From: a virus
Taxonomy: Duplodnaviria > Heunggongvirae > Uroviricota > Caudoviricetes
DNA: 64,000 nucleotides
Virus record (IMG/VR): IMGVR_UViG_3300025896_000021
Direction: 5' to 3' (one strand)
Under the pieces are notes generated by a model. It saw only the letters and a list, made by a program, of their open reading frames with translations. It did not search any database and was not told the DNA's origin. Within the stretch, counting starts at the first letter, position 1. Each line of letters opens with the position of its first letter. The position numbers were made by a program, and so were the translations under genes. Of the stretch, positions 26,404 to 37,300 are shown piece by piece.

Positions 26404-26968
26404 ATTTTACTTTCTGTTTGCTATAGAATATATGATTACCTATTCGTGCTACTTGCTTGTAGGGCCAGAACGGATCAACTGTTAGATTATGAAAGAACAA
26501 TGCAGTACGGGGTAATACTTCTTGATATGCATCGTATGCCAGTACTTGGTATGCAACATCTAGTGCTTGCACATACTTAGGGTCATTGACATTTACTTTC
26601 TTCTTACCCTCGCAAACCCAACTAAACTGACACATTCTAACTCTATATGAATCTAAGGTGTTCTCATCAATCTTTGTTATCATTGTCATTTGATGTATTA
26701 CATTGCAGGGCGTACTAGCAAAGCCATGACTAACTCTGTTCATTACTACTCTTGCTACTGCTGCTTTACCTGCAATTGATTCGCTGCCTGCTTCGTAATA
26801 TATATTCTCTGCCATACATAGTAGTTGTTTACTATCAACTGGCCTAGCTTCTACTACGAATTCCGGTTCTTCTTGCACAGTAGTCATATCAATCACTACT
26901 GTTATCATTGTGTATACCGCTATACTTATTGCTAGTACTTTAGCGGTGATTGAGGCTATATTTTTCAT
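26369..26968 (-). CDS. SleB/CwlJ-like cell wall hydrolase (Hydrolase_2)
   Basis: CMAENIYYEA, AVARVVMNRV, CQFSW, IGNHIFY; N-terminal hydrophobic anchor; AAGGAG RBS before ATG 26968. Confidence 0.9.
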   Translation of the reverse strand: MKNIASITAKVLAISIAVYTMITVVIDMTTVQEEPEFVVEARPVDSKQLLCMAENIYYEAGSESIAGKAAVARVVMNRVSHGFASTPCNVIHQMTMITKIDENTLDSYRVRMCQFSWVCEGKKKVNVNDPKYVQALDVAYQVLAYDAYQEVLPRTALFFHNLTVDPFWPYKQVARIGNHIFYSKQKVKYVEKKPTAGNI

Positions 26969-26989
26969 ATATACTCCTTTCTTATGCAT

Positions 26990-27019
26990 AGTATAACACT
27001 ATACAACGTTGAACGTCAA
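26990..27019 (-). promoter_or_regulatory. sigma70-type promoter for the hydrolase gene
   Basis: TTGACG-18 nt-TATACT. Confidence 0.65.
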
Positions 27020-27029
27020 TTGTTTTGGC

Positions 27030-29270
27030 TTACAGTATATGGTCCCAACAATCACAATTACATAATATAACATCTTCGATTGCTTGGGCGGGGGTAAGAA
27101 TTGACGGTTTCACGATAGGTGTAATAGAAATTATATCTATCGAGGGTGGAACTAATGTAGTCCACGGCGAGGTGTTACCATTCCCTGTATTTGGGTTAAT
27201 AGTTGGGTACGGAGTACCTACTACTGCGTCAGGTGACGATGGTGTTGTAGGGTCAGTCGTAACGACTGTGCCCCACGGTGGTCCGACAGGGCCGGGACCG
27301 CCCGTGTCGATTGGAAGATCGACTATAGGTCCAGATGTAACAACAGGGACAATAATAGTCTCACCTGTTATCGGGTCGATAGTAGTTGTAGTCGGTACTA
27401 CTCCGTTGACTCTAGGTAAGGTCAGTTGTTCTATACCTACTTCGTTGTCTTGCTCTGCACCAGTTAGCCCTAGTCGATGTGCATTGCGGACTTCTCTCAT
27501 GCTACCGATCATGCTATTGCCACCAATCTTAGAAGTATCAGTGATAGCTTCTAAATTCTGTACGGCTCCCCATTTTTCAGTCTGCATAGCGTAGCCATTC
27601 AAACTTTCCATGAATCCGTATATATCAGTTGTAGTGGTGCTTAGATCAGGTAGATACTTTTCGGCTCGTAATCCTATACTTCTAGCGTTTTGTTCTATAG
27701 TTAATTGTTTGCCAAACTTGTTATATAAGTTGTTTATAGCTATTGTTAGTGCAGGGTTATTAGATGCAATAGATGCAATTTCAGTATTAGCTGCATTTAT
27801 ATATGATAGCACTATGGTATTTGTTGCAGTCCAGTCGGGTAATCCTGACAGCGACAACACTGGTTCGGTGATAGACTCATATAATGATTGGTATATACTA
27901 ACTAAGGTGCTAGTAGTTAATGAATTAATATACGATTCTAATATGTTCCACTCGTATGGTAATCCTGACATGGCTCCAAAGAAGTCGCATGTAGTGTATC
28001 TGCCATTCTTTCCCGAACCCAATGCAATAAGAGGCAACGTAGCGTTTCTGATAGGCTGATTAGTAGGGACGTTTGTTCCATTAACACCTAGATCACTTAC
28101 TGTTTCTAAGTTACGAACTACTTGACTGAATCTTTCAATGTCCATTGACTTGATGTTTTTAATCTGTAGCATTGTGGTGCTGAATGCTGCACATGATGCC
28201 GCTAAGGTGTCTGGAAGGATAGTCTTTAACTCTTCTCCGTACTTGTTCAATACATGTGAAGTTAGTTCGCCACCGGTATATAACAGGTAGTATGTCTTAC
28301 TATTAGTAGGGCCCGAGTTTGCATTGTACTCAGGTACTGTTAATGTAGCATAACTTCTAGGGAATATCATCTTAGGGTTTAACAAGTCAGCTAGAGTCTC
28401 TAGTCCCTTTGTCTGACAATTCAAAGCAATCAATGATTCAACGAGATCGATGCCCATAACAATACTGAATGCACCGTATAGTTTCTTTTGTTGATCCACA
28501 GTAGCTTCGCCGCCGCTAATGATATAGTCCATGTCATCAGCGGAGAAACCTGCTGCTAACAATGCTAGATTAACTGCCTTAGTTAACGCTTTGTTTTTAT
28601 ACAAAGTCTTCAATAGGTTACTAGGACGACCGTATGTATCAATGTACCCTAAGTCTAATGCTCTACCCAATACAATTAAGTCTTGGCCCCAAAAGAACAA
28701 TGCTAAACTGACGCCGGCTAAGTCTGCCGTAATCAAGTCGTTCATGTTGCTATACGTACCGTCTAGGTAAGTATCTGCGGCATTCATTGCATCAATAGCT
28801 TTGTTAGACTGTCCGATGAACCCTTGTGCCATATTGAATGTGTACAAGAAATCACTATATGATCCGTTATTGATATAGAATTCATAGTGAGCTTGCAACG
28901 GAATAGTACGCAACCATCCATAGCTAGTATATTCGCTAGTGTATGGAACTGAATTGGGGTAGGGATTAAGTGATTCTGTACGCAAATACTCCGGTGGCTT
29001 ACTATCTCCTAGCGCGGGGATACTGTTACTACCAATTGATATTAATTCACTATAACAAGTGAGATTAGATTGCAAGAATCCTGCTCTTATAGAATTAACT
29101 AGCATTCGCAATACAGTATTGAGTGTGGTTGTTCCTAGAGTATAATTACTCAATCCAGTGCTCGTGCCCATATGTAGCACAGCGTCTGGATTGATACACA
29201 ATCCTTCATTCTGCACAAACGAGCCCAAGCTATTTAAATTGAGGGGAGAATATTTACCTGTTAAACTCAT
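27030..29270 (-). CDS. Probable virion structural (baseplate-region) protein
   Basis: 746 aa, translationally coupled to the PAAR gene; Pro/Thr-rich segment and CNCDC C-terminus. Confidence 0.5.
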   Translation of the reverse strand: MSLTGKYSPLNLNSLGSFVQNEGLCINPDAVLHMGTSTGLSNYTLGTTTLNTVLRMLVNSIRAGFLQSNLTCYSELISIGSNSIPALGDSKPPEYLRTESLNPYPNSVPYTSEYTSYGWLRTIPLQAHYEFYINNGSYSDFLYTFNMAQGFIGQSNKAIDAMNAADTYLDGTYSNMNDLITADLAGVSLALFFWGQDLIVLGRALDLGYIDTYGRPSNLLKTLYKNKALTKAVNLALLAAGFSADDMDYIISGGEATVDQQKKLYGAFSIVMGIDLVESLIALNCQTKGLETLADLLNPKMIFPRSYATLTVPEYNANSGPTNSKTYYLLYTGGELTSHVLNKYGEELKTILPDTLAASCAAFSTTMLQIKNIKSMDIERFSQVVRNLETVSDLGVNGTNVPTNQPIRNATLPLIALGSGKNGRYTTCDFFGAMSGLPYEWNILESYINSLTTSTLVSIYQSLYESITEPVLSLSGLPDWTATNTIVLSYINAANTEIASIASNNPALTIAINNLYNKFGKQLTIEQNARSIGLRAEKYLPDLSTTTTDIYGFMESLNGYAMQTEKWGAVQNLEAITDTSKIGGNSMIGSMREVRNAHRLGLTGAEQDNEVGIEQLTLPRVNGVVPTTTTIDPITGETIIVPVVTSGPIVDLPIDTGGPGPVGPPWGTVVTTDPTTPSSPDAVVGTPYPTINPNTGNGNTSPWTTLVPPSIDIISITPIVKPSILTPAQAIEDVILCNCDCWDHIL

Positions 29271-29548
29271 GGTACGAACACATCCGGGCTTCCTTGACTG
29301 ATACTATGTCCGCAACTGTTACCTGAACCCACTCTGAGTACAGGAACACCCTCACAAAATACAGTAGGACTACCATCAGTTGTAGTTGCTGCTTCATGAG
29401 GTGGATGCGGTCTGCCCCAAGGTGCGTGTGGAGTTATGCCGCTAACGTGCAAGCCTACAGCTATTCCATTTGCAAACACTGAATCAGCTCCGCGCTTGAT
29501 TGCACCTCCGGCTTGATTCTGATCTCCTACACGACTTAATGCTGACAT
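29267..29548 (-). CDS. PAAR-type spike-tip protein (T4 gp5.4-like)
   Basis: SRVGD, GSPTVFCEG.PV.RVG...SCGH.I..GSPDVF. Confidence 0.88.
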   Translation of the reverse strand: MSALSRVGDQNQAGGAIKRGADSVFANGIAVGLHVSGITPHAPWGRPHPPHEAATTTDGSPTVFCEGVPVLRVGSGNSCGHSISQGSPDVFVP

Positions 29549-29549
29549 A

Positions 29550-29849
29550 TTATCCTAAGAATATTTTTTTCTCGGGTACTTTGATACCCGTTGTTGCTTC
29601 AATATACTTCATTTTGATACTGTCCTCAGTCTCAGAGTACATAGCAACGCTATTAGTATTTAGTGTAACTGAAGAACCGGGTTCTGCGGTAAACATGCTA
29701 GGAATCATTTGCATGCCGTTCTGTGCGGGGGCGATTGATACTGGATCGCTAATCTTAATAGTATGTTCTTCTGTGAAGATATCAACTACTTTAGCAATAA
29801 GTTCCTCGCCTGAGTTTAATTTGAATGTATATGTTTTACCTTGTTCCAT
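29550..29849 (-). CDS. Small Sm-like-fold phage protein
   Basis: FKLNSGEELIAKV...I.DP...Y..ATTGI. Confidence 0.5.
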   Translation of the reverse strand: MEQGKTYTFKLNSGEELIAKVVDIFTEEHTIKISDPVSIAPAQNGMQMIPSMFTAEPGSSVTLNTNSVAMYSETEDSIKMKYIEATTGIKVPEKKIFLG

Positions 29850-30082
29850 TATTTGCTTTCTGTTAGTTTAGTTCTGAGTTCAGTGAACCCACCCACATAT
29901 TCTTCACCCAAGAAGATTTGTGGTAATGTTCGTGCAGTTGGTACTGCTTCTAGTAGTTGTTCTTTAGTCCAGGTGCCGTGCATGATGTTACGTTCTTCAA
30001 ATGCGATACCTTTCTGTGTGAGCAGGGCTTTAGCCTGAACACAGTAAGGACAGGCGTCCTTACTCCATACGATTGCTGTCAT
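29849..30082 (-). CDS. Glutaredoxin
   Basis: CPYC active site, TLPQIF, VGGF; follows nrdB. Confidence 0.95.
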   Translation of the reverse strand: MTAIVWSKDACPYCVQAKALLTQKGIAFEERNIMHGTWTKEQLLEAVPTARTLPQIFLGEEYVGGFTELRTKLTESK

Positions 30083-30093
30083 TTTTGTTCCTG

Positions 30094-31194
30094 TTAAAAA
30101 TTAGGTAGTGTGTCATAGTCTAATGAGTCACTCATTACACCAATAACATAGTTTGTTGATTCGTTTTCTTGCAGTGCAGTTTGCTTCTTGCTTGTATCAA
30201 CGTGCTTATTGAACCACGGGATAGGAGTAGATTTAGGAGCAATAGCTTGATACTTGATACCAATCTCTTTCAATGCACCCACTGCTGTATAGTCTACAAA
30301 GTCATTTAGAATGTTTGCATTCAATCCAATCACTGGACCGAACTTGAATAGATACTTGGCCCAGTCTTTTTCTTCACGGATAACATCCATGTACAGTTGA
30401 TAGACTTCTGCTTCACACTCTAGTTTAATAGCGGCAAAGCGACTATCTTCTTTGATTACTTGATTGATAAGATATGCTGTCCAACCCTTGTGTAATAGTT
30501 CATCTTGTAGAATCAAGCTAATGATATTACCGTTACCAATAAAGATTTTGTTCTCAACCATTGCTAAACTTGTAGCGAATGATACCATGAATCTAAATGC
30601 TTCTAGTGCATAACTTGCATGTAGTGCCATCCAGATAGCTTTGATATGATCTTTTTCTAGTACAGGCATGCCCAACTGCTTCTGACAGTTAACATTATGT
30701 AATGCTTCATAGTAGTTACCAACACTACTAGCCATGTCAACAATCTCTTGTGTATCGTGGATAGTGTTGAACACATCTTTAGGTACATTATAGATGTTAC
30801 GGATGATGTGACTATAGCTACGACTATGAATGTTAGTCTCAAAGAAGCTCCAGTTGTAAATCAATGCTTCAAGTTCAGGCAATGATACAACAGGGGTAAA
30901 CACTTGACTTGGTGCTCTACCCTGTAAGCTATCTAGTGCAGTCTGACGCAATAGGTTGCTAGTAAAGATATGCTTAACGGCATCACTAGCTTCCTTGAAG
31001 TCAGTTGCATCTTTAGTTAAACTAACTTCTTCCGGAACCCAAAAGAAGCCACGTGCTGTTTGTTCAAAGTCTACGATCTTTTTGTACTTGACTTCCTCAA
31101 ATCGTTGAATAGTTACAGGACCCTCTGGGTCTAGAAACATCTTACGGTTGAGATAGTCTGTTTTTGTTGTTAGGTTATATTGTTCTTTACTCAT
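30094..31194 (-). CDS. nrdB: Ribonucleotide reductase class Ia beta subunit
   Basis: FFWVPEEV, LDSLQ, ETNIHSRSY (radical Tyr), LEAFRF, DELLH, C-terminal QE.E...Y. Confidence 0.97.
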   Translation of the reverse strand: MSKEQYNLTTKTDYLNRKMFLDPEGPVTIQRFEEVKYKKIVDFEQTARGFFWVPEEVSLTKDATDFKEASDAVKHIFTSNLLRQTALDSLQGRAPSQVFTPVVSLPELEALIYNWSFFETNIHSRSYSHIIRNIYNVPKDVFNTIHDTQEIVDMASSVGNYYEALHNVNCQKQLGMPVLEKDHIKAIWMALHASYALEAFRFMVSFATSLAMVENKIFIGNGNIISLILQDELLHKGWTAYLINQVIKEDSRFAAIKLECEAEVYQLYMDVIREEKDWAKYLFKFGPVIGLNANILNDFVDYTAVGALKEIGIKYQAIAPKSTPIPWFNKHVDTSKKQTALQENESTNYVIGVMSDSLDYDTLPNF

Positions 31195-33515
31195 AATTTG
31201 CAGCTTTCACAGTCTTCTTCGTTATCAAAATCAATTGGTTCTAGCATTGTTGGGGCATCTTCTGCTACTTGTTTACTACCGGCTTTGTTAATCAAGCTAT
31301 AGTAGAATGTCTTCAATCCCCATATATGAGATTGCATCAAGTTCTTAGCAATCAACGTTGTGGGGACTTTTCTTTCAGGAAAGTGAGCAGGGTTATAGAA
31401 TGTATTAGTACTGATACTCTGGTCAACATAAGCTGCAATCACTGCGGCTGTCTTTAGATAACCATCACAATCTTTCTGTTCCCACATCAATTGATAGTTC
31501 TTGCGTACCTTAGCATTGGTATACTCTGGTACAACTTGAACAAATGATCCTGCTTTGCTTTCTTTAACACTAATCAAACTCATTGGCATTTCAATGCCGT
31601 TAGTTGAGTTGATAGCAACACTGCTAGATTCTACAGGAGCTACAGCACTATTAGTAGCATTACGGACACCGTATGTAATCATATCTGCCCGTAATGTTTC
31701 CCAGTCTAGTTCAGGGGTAAAGTCAGTTAGTTCGTTAACACCCTTAGCACGTAGCTCCCACGGGAAGACACCCTTACCATAACGAGTATGGTCACTACCC
31801 AAACACTTACCACGCTCTTTAGCTAACTCAACACTCATCTCTGTGAGATAGAATGTCTGATGTTCCATCCATGTTTTAAGTTCAGCTAGTGCATCTTTGT
31901 CACCATACTTCAAACTGCGCTTTGCATGCCAGTATGCTAAGTTAGTGATACCGATACCTAATGGGCGAATCTCATCATTGCTTAGTTTAGATTGGATAGA
32001 AAGGAAGTCTTGGTAATCCAAAATGTTATTAAGACTACGATGCAGAATGCGACAAGCCCTACGCATATCTTCGGGATTGCGAAATGCACCCCAGTTAATA
32101 CTGCCAAGTGTGCAGAGCGCAATTCTTCCCTCTTCGTCATCAAGTCTCTTAAACGATTTCGTTGGTAATAGAATTTCACAGCATAGATTACTCTGGTAGA
32201 TTGTATGATACTCAGGATCGAATGGACCTTGATTCATTACATTGTCAATGAACACTAGGTAGATACGTCCTGTATCTGTTCGTTCTTTTAGAATTCCACT
32301 TTTGAATACCTCTTCGGCACTCATTGTTTTCTTGCGAAGGTTCTTTTGTTTCTCGTACTTGACATACAGTTCTTCAAAGAGTTCCGTATTAGAATAGAAC
32401 GCTTGATAGAGGTCGGGGACTTCATTGGGGTCGAAAAAAGTGATATCTTCTTTGTTCTTAAATCTACGCCAGAAGAAAGCAGATAGTACAACTCCATAGT
32501 CCATGTGACGCACACGAGTTTCTTCTGTTCCTTGATTGTTCTTAAGAACGATTAGGTCATCAAACTGATGATGCCAGATAGGATAAAATACAGTAGCACT
32601 TGCATTACGAATACCTCCTTGACTGCACGAACGCAGATCCCCAAACCATTTCTTTAAGAAGGGGATCATACCTGTATGCATAATTTCTCCGCCACGAATA
32701 GGACTACCTAAGGGGCGTAGTCTTCCAATCTCTAAGCCAATGCCAGCACGTTTGCTAGCATACTTTGCCATCATTTCGCCACTAGCAAAAATACTATCCA
32801 GATCATCATCGCTCCTGATAAGCACACAACTACTAAATTGTTTTGTCGGAGTGCCAAGACCAGCAAGCACAGGTGTAGCAAGAGTAAACAGACCATCACT
32901 AGCAGCATTATAATATTCCTTTATGTAACGCATTCTCGCTGCATTCGGTTCTTCTTTGTGAAATATAGTAGCGGACGCGACCATATATCTAATTTGTGGA
33001 GTTTCATATGTTTGTTTTGTGCTACGGTTCTTAACCAAGTACTTCTCTATCAATTGTTCAATGGCGGCATAAGAATATTGCTCGTCCTTAGAATGGTCTA
33101 AGAATGAATCCATCTTGTTCCAGTCTTCTTCACTGTACCATTCTAGTAGTTCATTAGTGTATAGACCTGTCTCTACATTAGTCTTAATGATAGAGTACAA
33201 GCTAGGTACTTCATAGTCACCGTATACATCTTTACGTAACATGCTTAGTCGTTGCTTGCCAGCTACATACTGATAGTTAGTATGTCCTACATCTGGATTA
33301 TTCTCTACATCAATCAAGTCTACGATAGCACGTAGGGTAATCTCGTCAATTTGACGGGTTGAGATACCGTCATAAAAGTGAAGTTGTGACTTAATTTCTA
33401 CCATTGATGGGCTAACATCAGCTATCCCAACACATATTTTAGCGACCTGAGCTTGCCACTTTTCTAACATCAGTGGCTCTTTAGTTCCATCTCTCTTGAT
33501 CACATTTATATTCAT
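31191..33515 (-). CDS. nrdA: Ribonucleotide reductase class Ia alpha subunit
   Basis: ATP cone VIKRDG, QFSSCVL, SCSQGGIR, SNLCCEI, KTFYY, C-terminal CESC. Confidence 0.97.
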   Translation of the reverse strand: MNINVIKRDGTKEPLMLEKWQAQVAKICVGIADVSPSMVEIKSQLHFYDGISTRQIDEITLRAIVDLIDVENNPDVGHTNYQYVAGKQRLSMLRKDVYGDYEVPSLYSIIKTNVETGLYTNELLEWYSEEDWNKMDSFLDHSKDEQYSYAAIEQLIEKYLVKNRSTKQTYETPQIRYMVASATIFHKEEPNAARMRYIKEYYNAASDGLFTLATPVLAGLGTPTKQFSSCVLIRSDDDLDSIFASGEMMAKYASKRAGIGLEIGRLRPLGSPIRGGEIMHTGMIPFLKKWFGDLRSCSQGGIRNASATVFYPIWHHQFDDLIVLKNNQGTEETRVRHMDYGVVLSAFFWRRFKNKEDITFFDPNEVPDLYQAFYSNTELFEELYVKYEKQKNLRKKTMSAEEVFKSGILKERTDTGRIYLVFIDNVMNQGPFDPEYHTIYQSNLCCEILLPTKSFKRLDDEEGRIALCTLGSINWGAFRNPEDMRRACRILHRSLNNILDYQDFLSIQSKLSNDEIRPLGIGITNLAYWHAKRSLKYGDKDALAELKTWMEHQTFYLTEMSVELAKERGKCLGSDHTRYGKGVFPWELRAKGVNELTDFTPELDWETLRADMITYGVRNATNSAVAPVESSSVAINSTNGIEMPMSLISVKESKAGSFVQVVPEYTNAKVRKNYQLMWEQKDCDGYLKTAAVIAAYVDQSISTNTFYNPAHFPERKVPTTLIAKNLMQSHIWGLKTFYYSLINKAGSKQVAEDAPTMLEPIDFDNEEDCESCKL

Positions 33516-33525
33516 ATTTTGCCTG

Positions 33526-33960
33526 TTATAATTTTAATTGGATTGCGGACACATCAATGTGTCGCTTGATTGTAAATTCTGTTGAACTGCTATTTAATAC
33601 TGAATTGGGCCAGTAATTAAGTACATACTTAGCGCGGTCAACTAGGACTATTACCATATCATCGCCTTGCATGTCAGTCGCCTCAACTAATTGTATATCG
33701 TCTACTCCCACTAGAAGTAGAGTATAACACATTCCTAGTGCTCTTGCAACCGTACAGTAGGTATTTTCGGATAGAAGTTCCCAGGGTCCCGGCCATGTCA
33801 TAGAATCTTGTAAGTGTAAATGGTGATTGACCAAAGGAGCTTTCTGCCACCAGTGGTCAATTGCTATAGATTTGGTTTTAGTATCGCTGTTTTCTAGGGT
33901 TGATCTTAACTCACACCAGCTGCGCAGTCTGGCTTCATAGTTAGTTTGAAATACATTCAT
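33526..33960 (-). CDS. Hypothetical protein, possibly transglutaminase-like Cys-protease fold
   Basis: WPGPWEL....YC..ARALGM.YTL...G; preceded by ATAAGTA (33969-33975). Confidence 0.5.
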   Translation of the reverse strand: MNVFQTNYEARLRSWCELRSTLENSDTKTKSIAIDHWWQKAPLVNHHLHLQDSMTWPGPWELLSENTYCTVARALGMCYTLLLVGVDDIQLVEATDMQGDDMVIVLVDRAKYVLNYWPNSVLNSSSTEFTIKRHIDVSAIQLKL

Positions 33961-34008
33961 TAGACATATACTTATCTATAGAATGCTTCCGTAGTTTTTA
34001 AATTACAA

Positions 34009-34311
34009 TCAGAAGAAAGAAAAGAATTCACCGGTCACCGGTACCACCGTAAAGATCCAGCCAGTGTTGTCACCGAAGTTGTAATTGGTTCTACTAGTAG
34101 CATCCCAAACTGCTCCACCAGTAGCGTTACTGTCTTGTATTTTCGTATAGGTTGCGGTAACTGTGCCGCTAGATTTAGCCAAAGTGAACTGTGTGCCGGG
34201 TGAAGAACTTTTCAGTGTTAGCATAGCTCCATCTACTCCGGATATATTAGTATCGGTTATCGTAGTAGTAGTCCCTGCTTCAAAAATAAGGGTAGTTGTA
34301 GATTGTGTCAT
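34009..34311 (-). CDS. 100-aa protein resembling the C-terminal cap of phage beta-helical fibre proteins
   Basis: LTLKSSSPGTQFTLAKSSGTV...IQDSNATGGAVW...DNTGWIF. Confidence 0.65.
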   Translation of the reverse strand: MTQSTTTLIFEAGTTTTITDTNISGVDGAMLTLKSSSPGTQFTLAKSSGTVTATYTKIQDSNATGGAVWDATSRTNYNFGDNTGWIFTVVPVTGEFFSFF

Positions 34312-34336
34312 GTGCTTATTCCATTATTAATATTAG

Positions 34337-37300
34337 TTACAGTGTTATAGTACCGGAGCTCTTGAAGATGTATAAGATATACAATCCATCATATACTACA
34401 GTGCATCCACCAGTTGCAGCGGCCGGTGGGGAAGTCGTCAGTAATTGACGAATGATGACTATACCCGAACCGCCAGTTCCGCCATATGTGTAACCAGCTG
34501 CTGCGCCACCTGCGCCGCCACCTGTATTTGTTTTGCCATTTCTAACACCGGTCGAATTAGATTGAGTACTGGCTGCAGATCCGGAGCCTTGATAAGTACT
34601 GGATGCACCCACTGCCCCGCCACCTAAACCACCTGCGCCACCGCTACCGTTTGCCATGCCACCGCCTCCGCCAGCAAAGTAAACAGAACTACCAGAAATC
34701 TCTCCTACACCTAGCGTTAGTGCTATGCTAGCACCAATCAATGTAGATGCTATACCAACGCCACCGACACCGCCAAGTTGAGATACACCGTAACCACCTA
34801 CTGCTCCGGCGCCACCTCCGCCGCCGCCAGCCGATGTGCCTCCACCTTCATTACCTGTTCGGCAGTTGCCGCCGTTGTTACCGTATCCACCACTAGCACT
34901 AGTTGGTTGTAAACCTGTGCCGCCTGTGCCCGGTGGGTAGTCTCTACCACCACCACCACCACCACTGCCGCCTGCAGTACCGTTCACCTGGAACGTGCCG
35001 CTTGCGCCACCGCCTAATGCAGTGAGTGAAAAAGTATTATCGGCCGCAGCTACTGTCGAATTAGAACCGTTACTATTGTAGCCACCAGTACCAACTGTCA
35101 CTACTATCGCTGTTTGCGATACTATCACTGATTGAGGAATAGTGTAAGTTGTAAGGACTACTCCGCCACCGCCACCGCCACCGATACCAGAATTTGCGTC
35201 TCCAGCGCCTATTTGGCTACCACCACCACCACCGACTATCATCATATCCACAGTCACCGGTGTATCTACTGGGAACGATCTTTTGTACCCCCAGATAATA
35301 CGAACTGCACCGTCGCCACCGGGCCCGGAATTGCCGCCGAATGTGTAGAGGCCATTGCCACCACCACCGTACAATTTTCCGGATCCACCTGATCCAGGAC
35401 TACCACTAGCACTTGTTATGCCGCTCGAAGCTGCTGAGCCATTTGCACCTAGACCCATAATTCCTACACCACCACCAGAACCGGTACCGTTGCCAACGCT
35501 AGTAGTACCATTTCCGCCACCACCGCCACCATTCTGTCCAGCACCGGCGCTGAGTCCGCTGCTATCGCCACCTTGACCACCGGTACCACTATTGCCGTTG
35601 TATCCTCCAGCACCTCCGGCGCCACCCCAGATGAATGATACCCGGCCGCCAGCACCACCACCGTCTCCGGCCAGAACAGCGCCGCCCGGTACTAGAGTTC
35701 CACTGCAATTGCCCCCAGTGCCGCCACCGGCTCTGACAGTAGTTGTACTTAAAAAGTAACTGTCGCCACCCGAGAAGCCGGTGTTTGAGCTAGATTGATT
35801 AACTTGTGCAGCACCGCCCGCACCGACAACTACGGTGTATGATTGGCCAGGAGTAACCGAAATATTGTTTTTCCAAGCTAGAGCACCGCCACCACCGCCC
35901 ATAGCTCCGCCAGTACTACCTATGCCACCAGACCCGCCGCCGCCGACAGTCACTACACTAACACTAGTTACGTATGCTGGTGCTGTCCAAGTATAAGTAC
36001 CTGGTGTAGTATATGACATTTCACCGATAGGTATCATAGCAGTAACAAATTCAACCATGTCGCTGCTTACTTGTACACTTTCAAAGCTGTTAGAACCTGT
36101 TATTAAAAGAGGGTACTTGCTCTTTTGAACAAGTGTACCATAAGTTCCCCCAGCGCCTGCAAATGTTTTAGTCGCCTGTGCAACCATATTAATTGTACAA
36201 CCGGATGTGTCGAGCCCCGTACCATTTATAACAGACCAATTATTAGTTACTGTAATTGCACTCGCTCCAGTAATAACTCTTGATCCGGTACCAGTAGAGC
36301 TAAAATTGTAACAAGATATATCATATCCGGCTAGATTTAGTGTCCCGGCATTTACTACGATATTAGACATAACAGCTAATGTTTGAGTACCGTCTAATGT
36401 TAGTGTGGCGCCTGCCTTATTCACTCCAATGCCACTTAATACTTTGCTGAATTGACTAGTCCAAGTTTGTGTTCTAGTAAATACCGAAGTCAAACTAGTG
36501 TAAGTGCCACCGGTCGCAAGTGTTAGTGTATCTACATTTAATGTAGTTGGAATTATCTCACTCGTACTACCGGTAAAATCTAATACCCTAAACCAACTAC
36601 CATTACTGATTGTTAGTAGATTTGCACCAGAGGTTATAGATAAATTAGGTGCACTTGTTGCAGAGCCACCTGTTGTACTTCCGAAACTAAATGTTCTTGT
36701 CACATTCATTCCTGCAGTAAATCCACCAGTACCTGTACAAGTGAAGTTAGTAGCATCTGCCATTGATAAAACTTCAGTATCTGCTACAGTAGTTGCTAGT
36801 GTAATGTTATTTGAGCCAAATACAATCGCACGAGCATTATTATTACTTGAAACAACTGATCCAAATGTTACATTGCTACCGCCTAAATCTAATGTACCTG
36901 CAGTCAGTAATAACTTACTTGTCGTTGCATAGGTTTGTGTACCATCTAGAGTAAGAGTTGCATCAACACTATTTACACCTATTCCAGCTAATTGCTTGGC
37001 AAATTGCATTGTCCAAATTTGTGTTCTAGTGAATACAGGTGTTAATCCGGTATATGTACCGCCGGTCGCTAACGTCAATGTATCTACATATAAGGTAGTT
37101 GCTGCTATAGTGCTTGTAGTGCCGGTAACAGCTAATACTTTGAACCAACTACCACTGGTAAGTGTTATTGTGCTTGCACCACTGGTTAGTGATAGATTCA
37201 TTGCATTGAATATAGAACCCCCGGCTGTACTACCAAAAGTAAATGTTCTAGTTACACTCATTGCACTAGTAAATCCACCAGTGCCGGTGTAACTGAAGTT

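Noticed and set aside
30094-33515. Intron or intein in nrdA/nrdB
   Set aside because: Both ORFs are continuous and of normal class Ia length
3627-33960. Stop-codon reassignment
   Set aside because: Genes are full length and densely packed under the standard code; TAG, TGA and TAA all end genes
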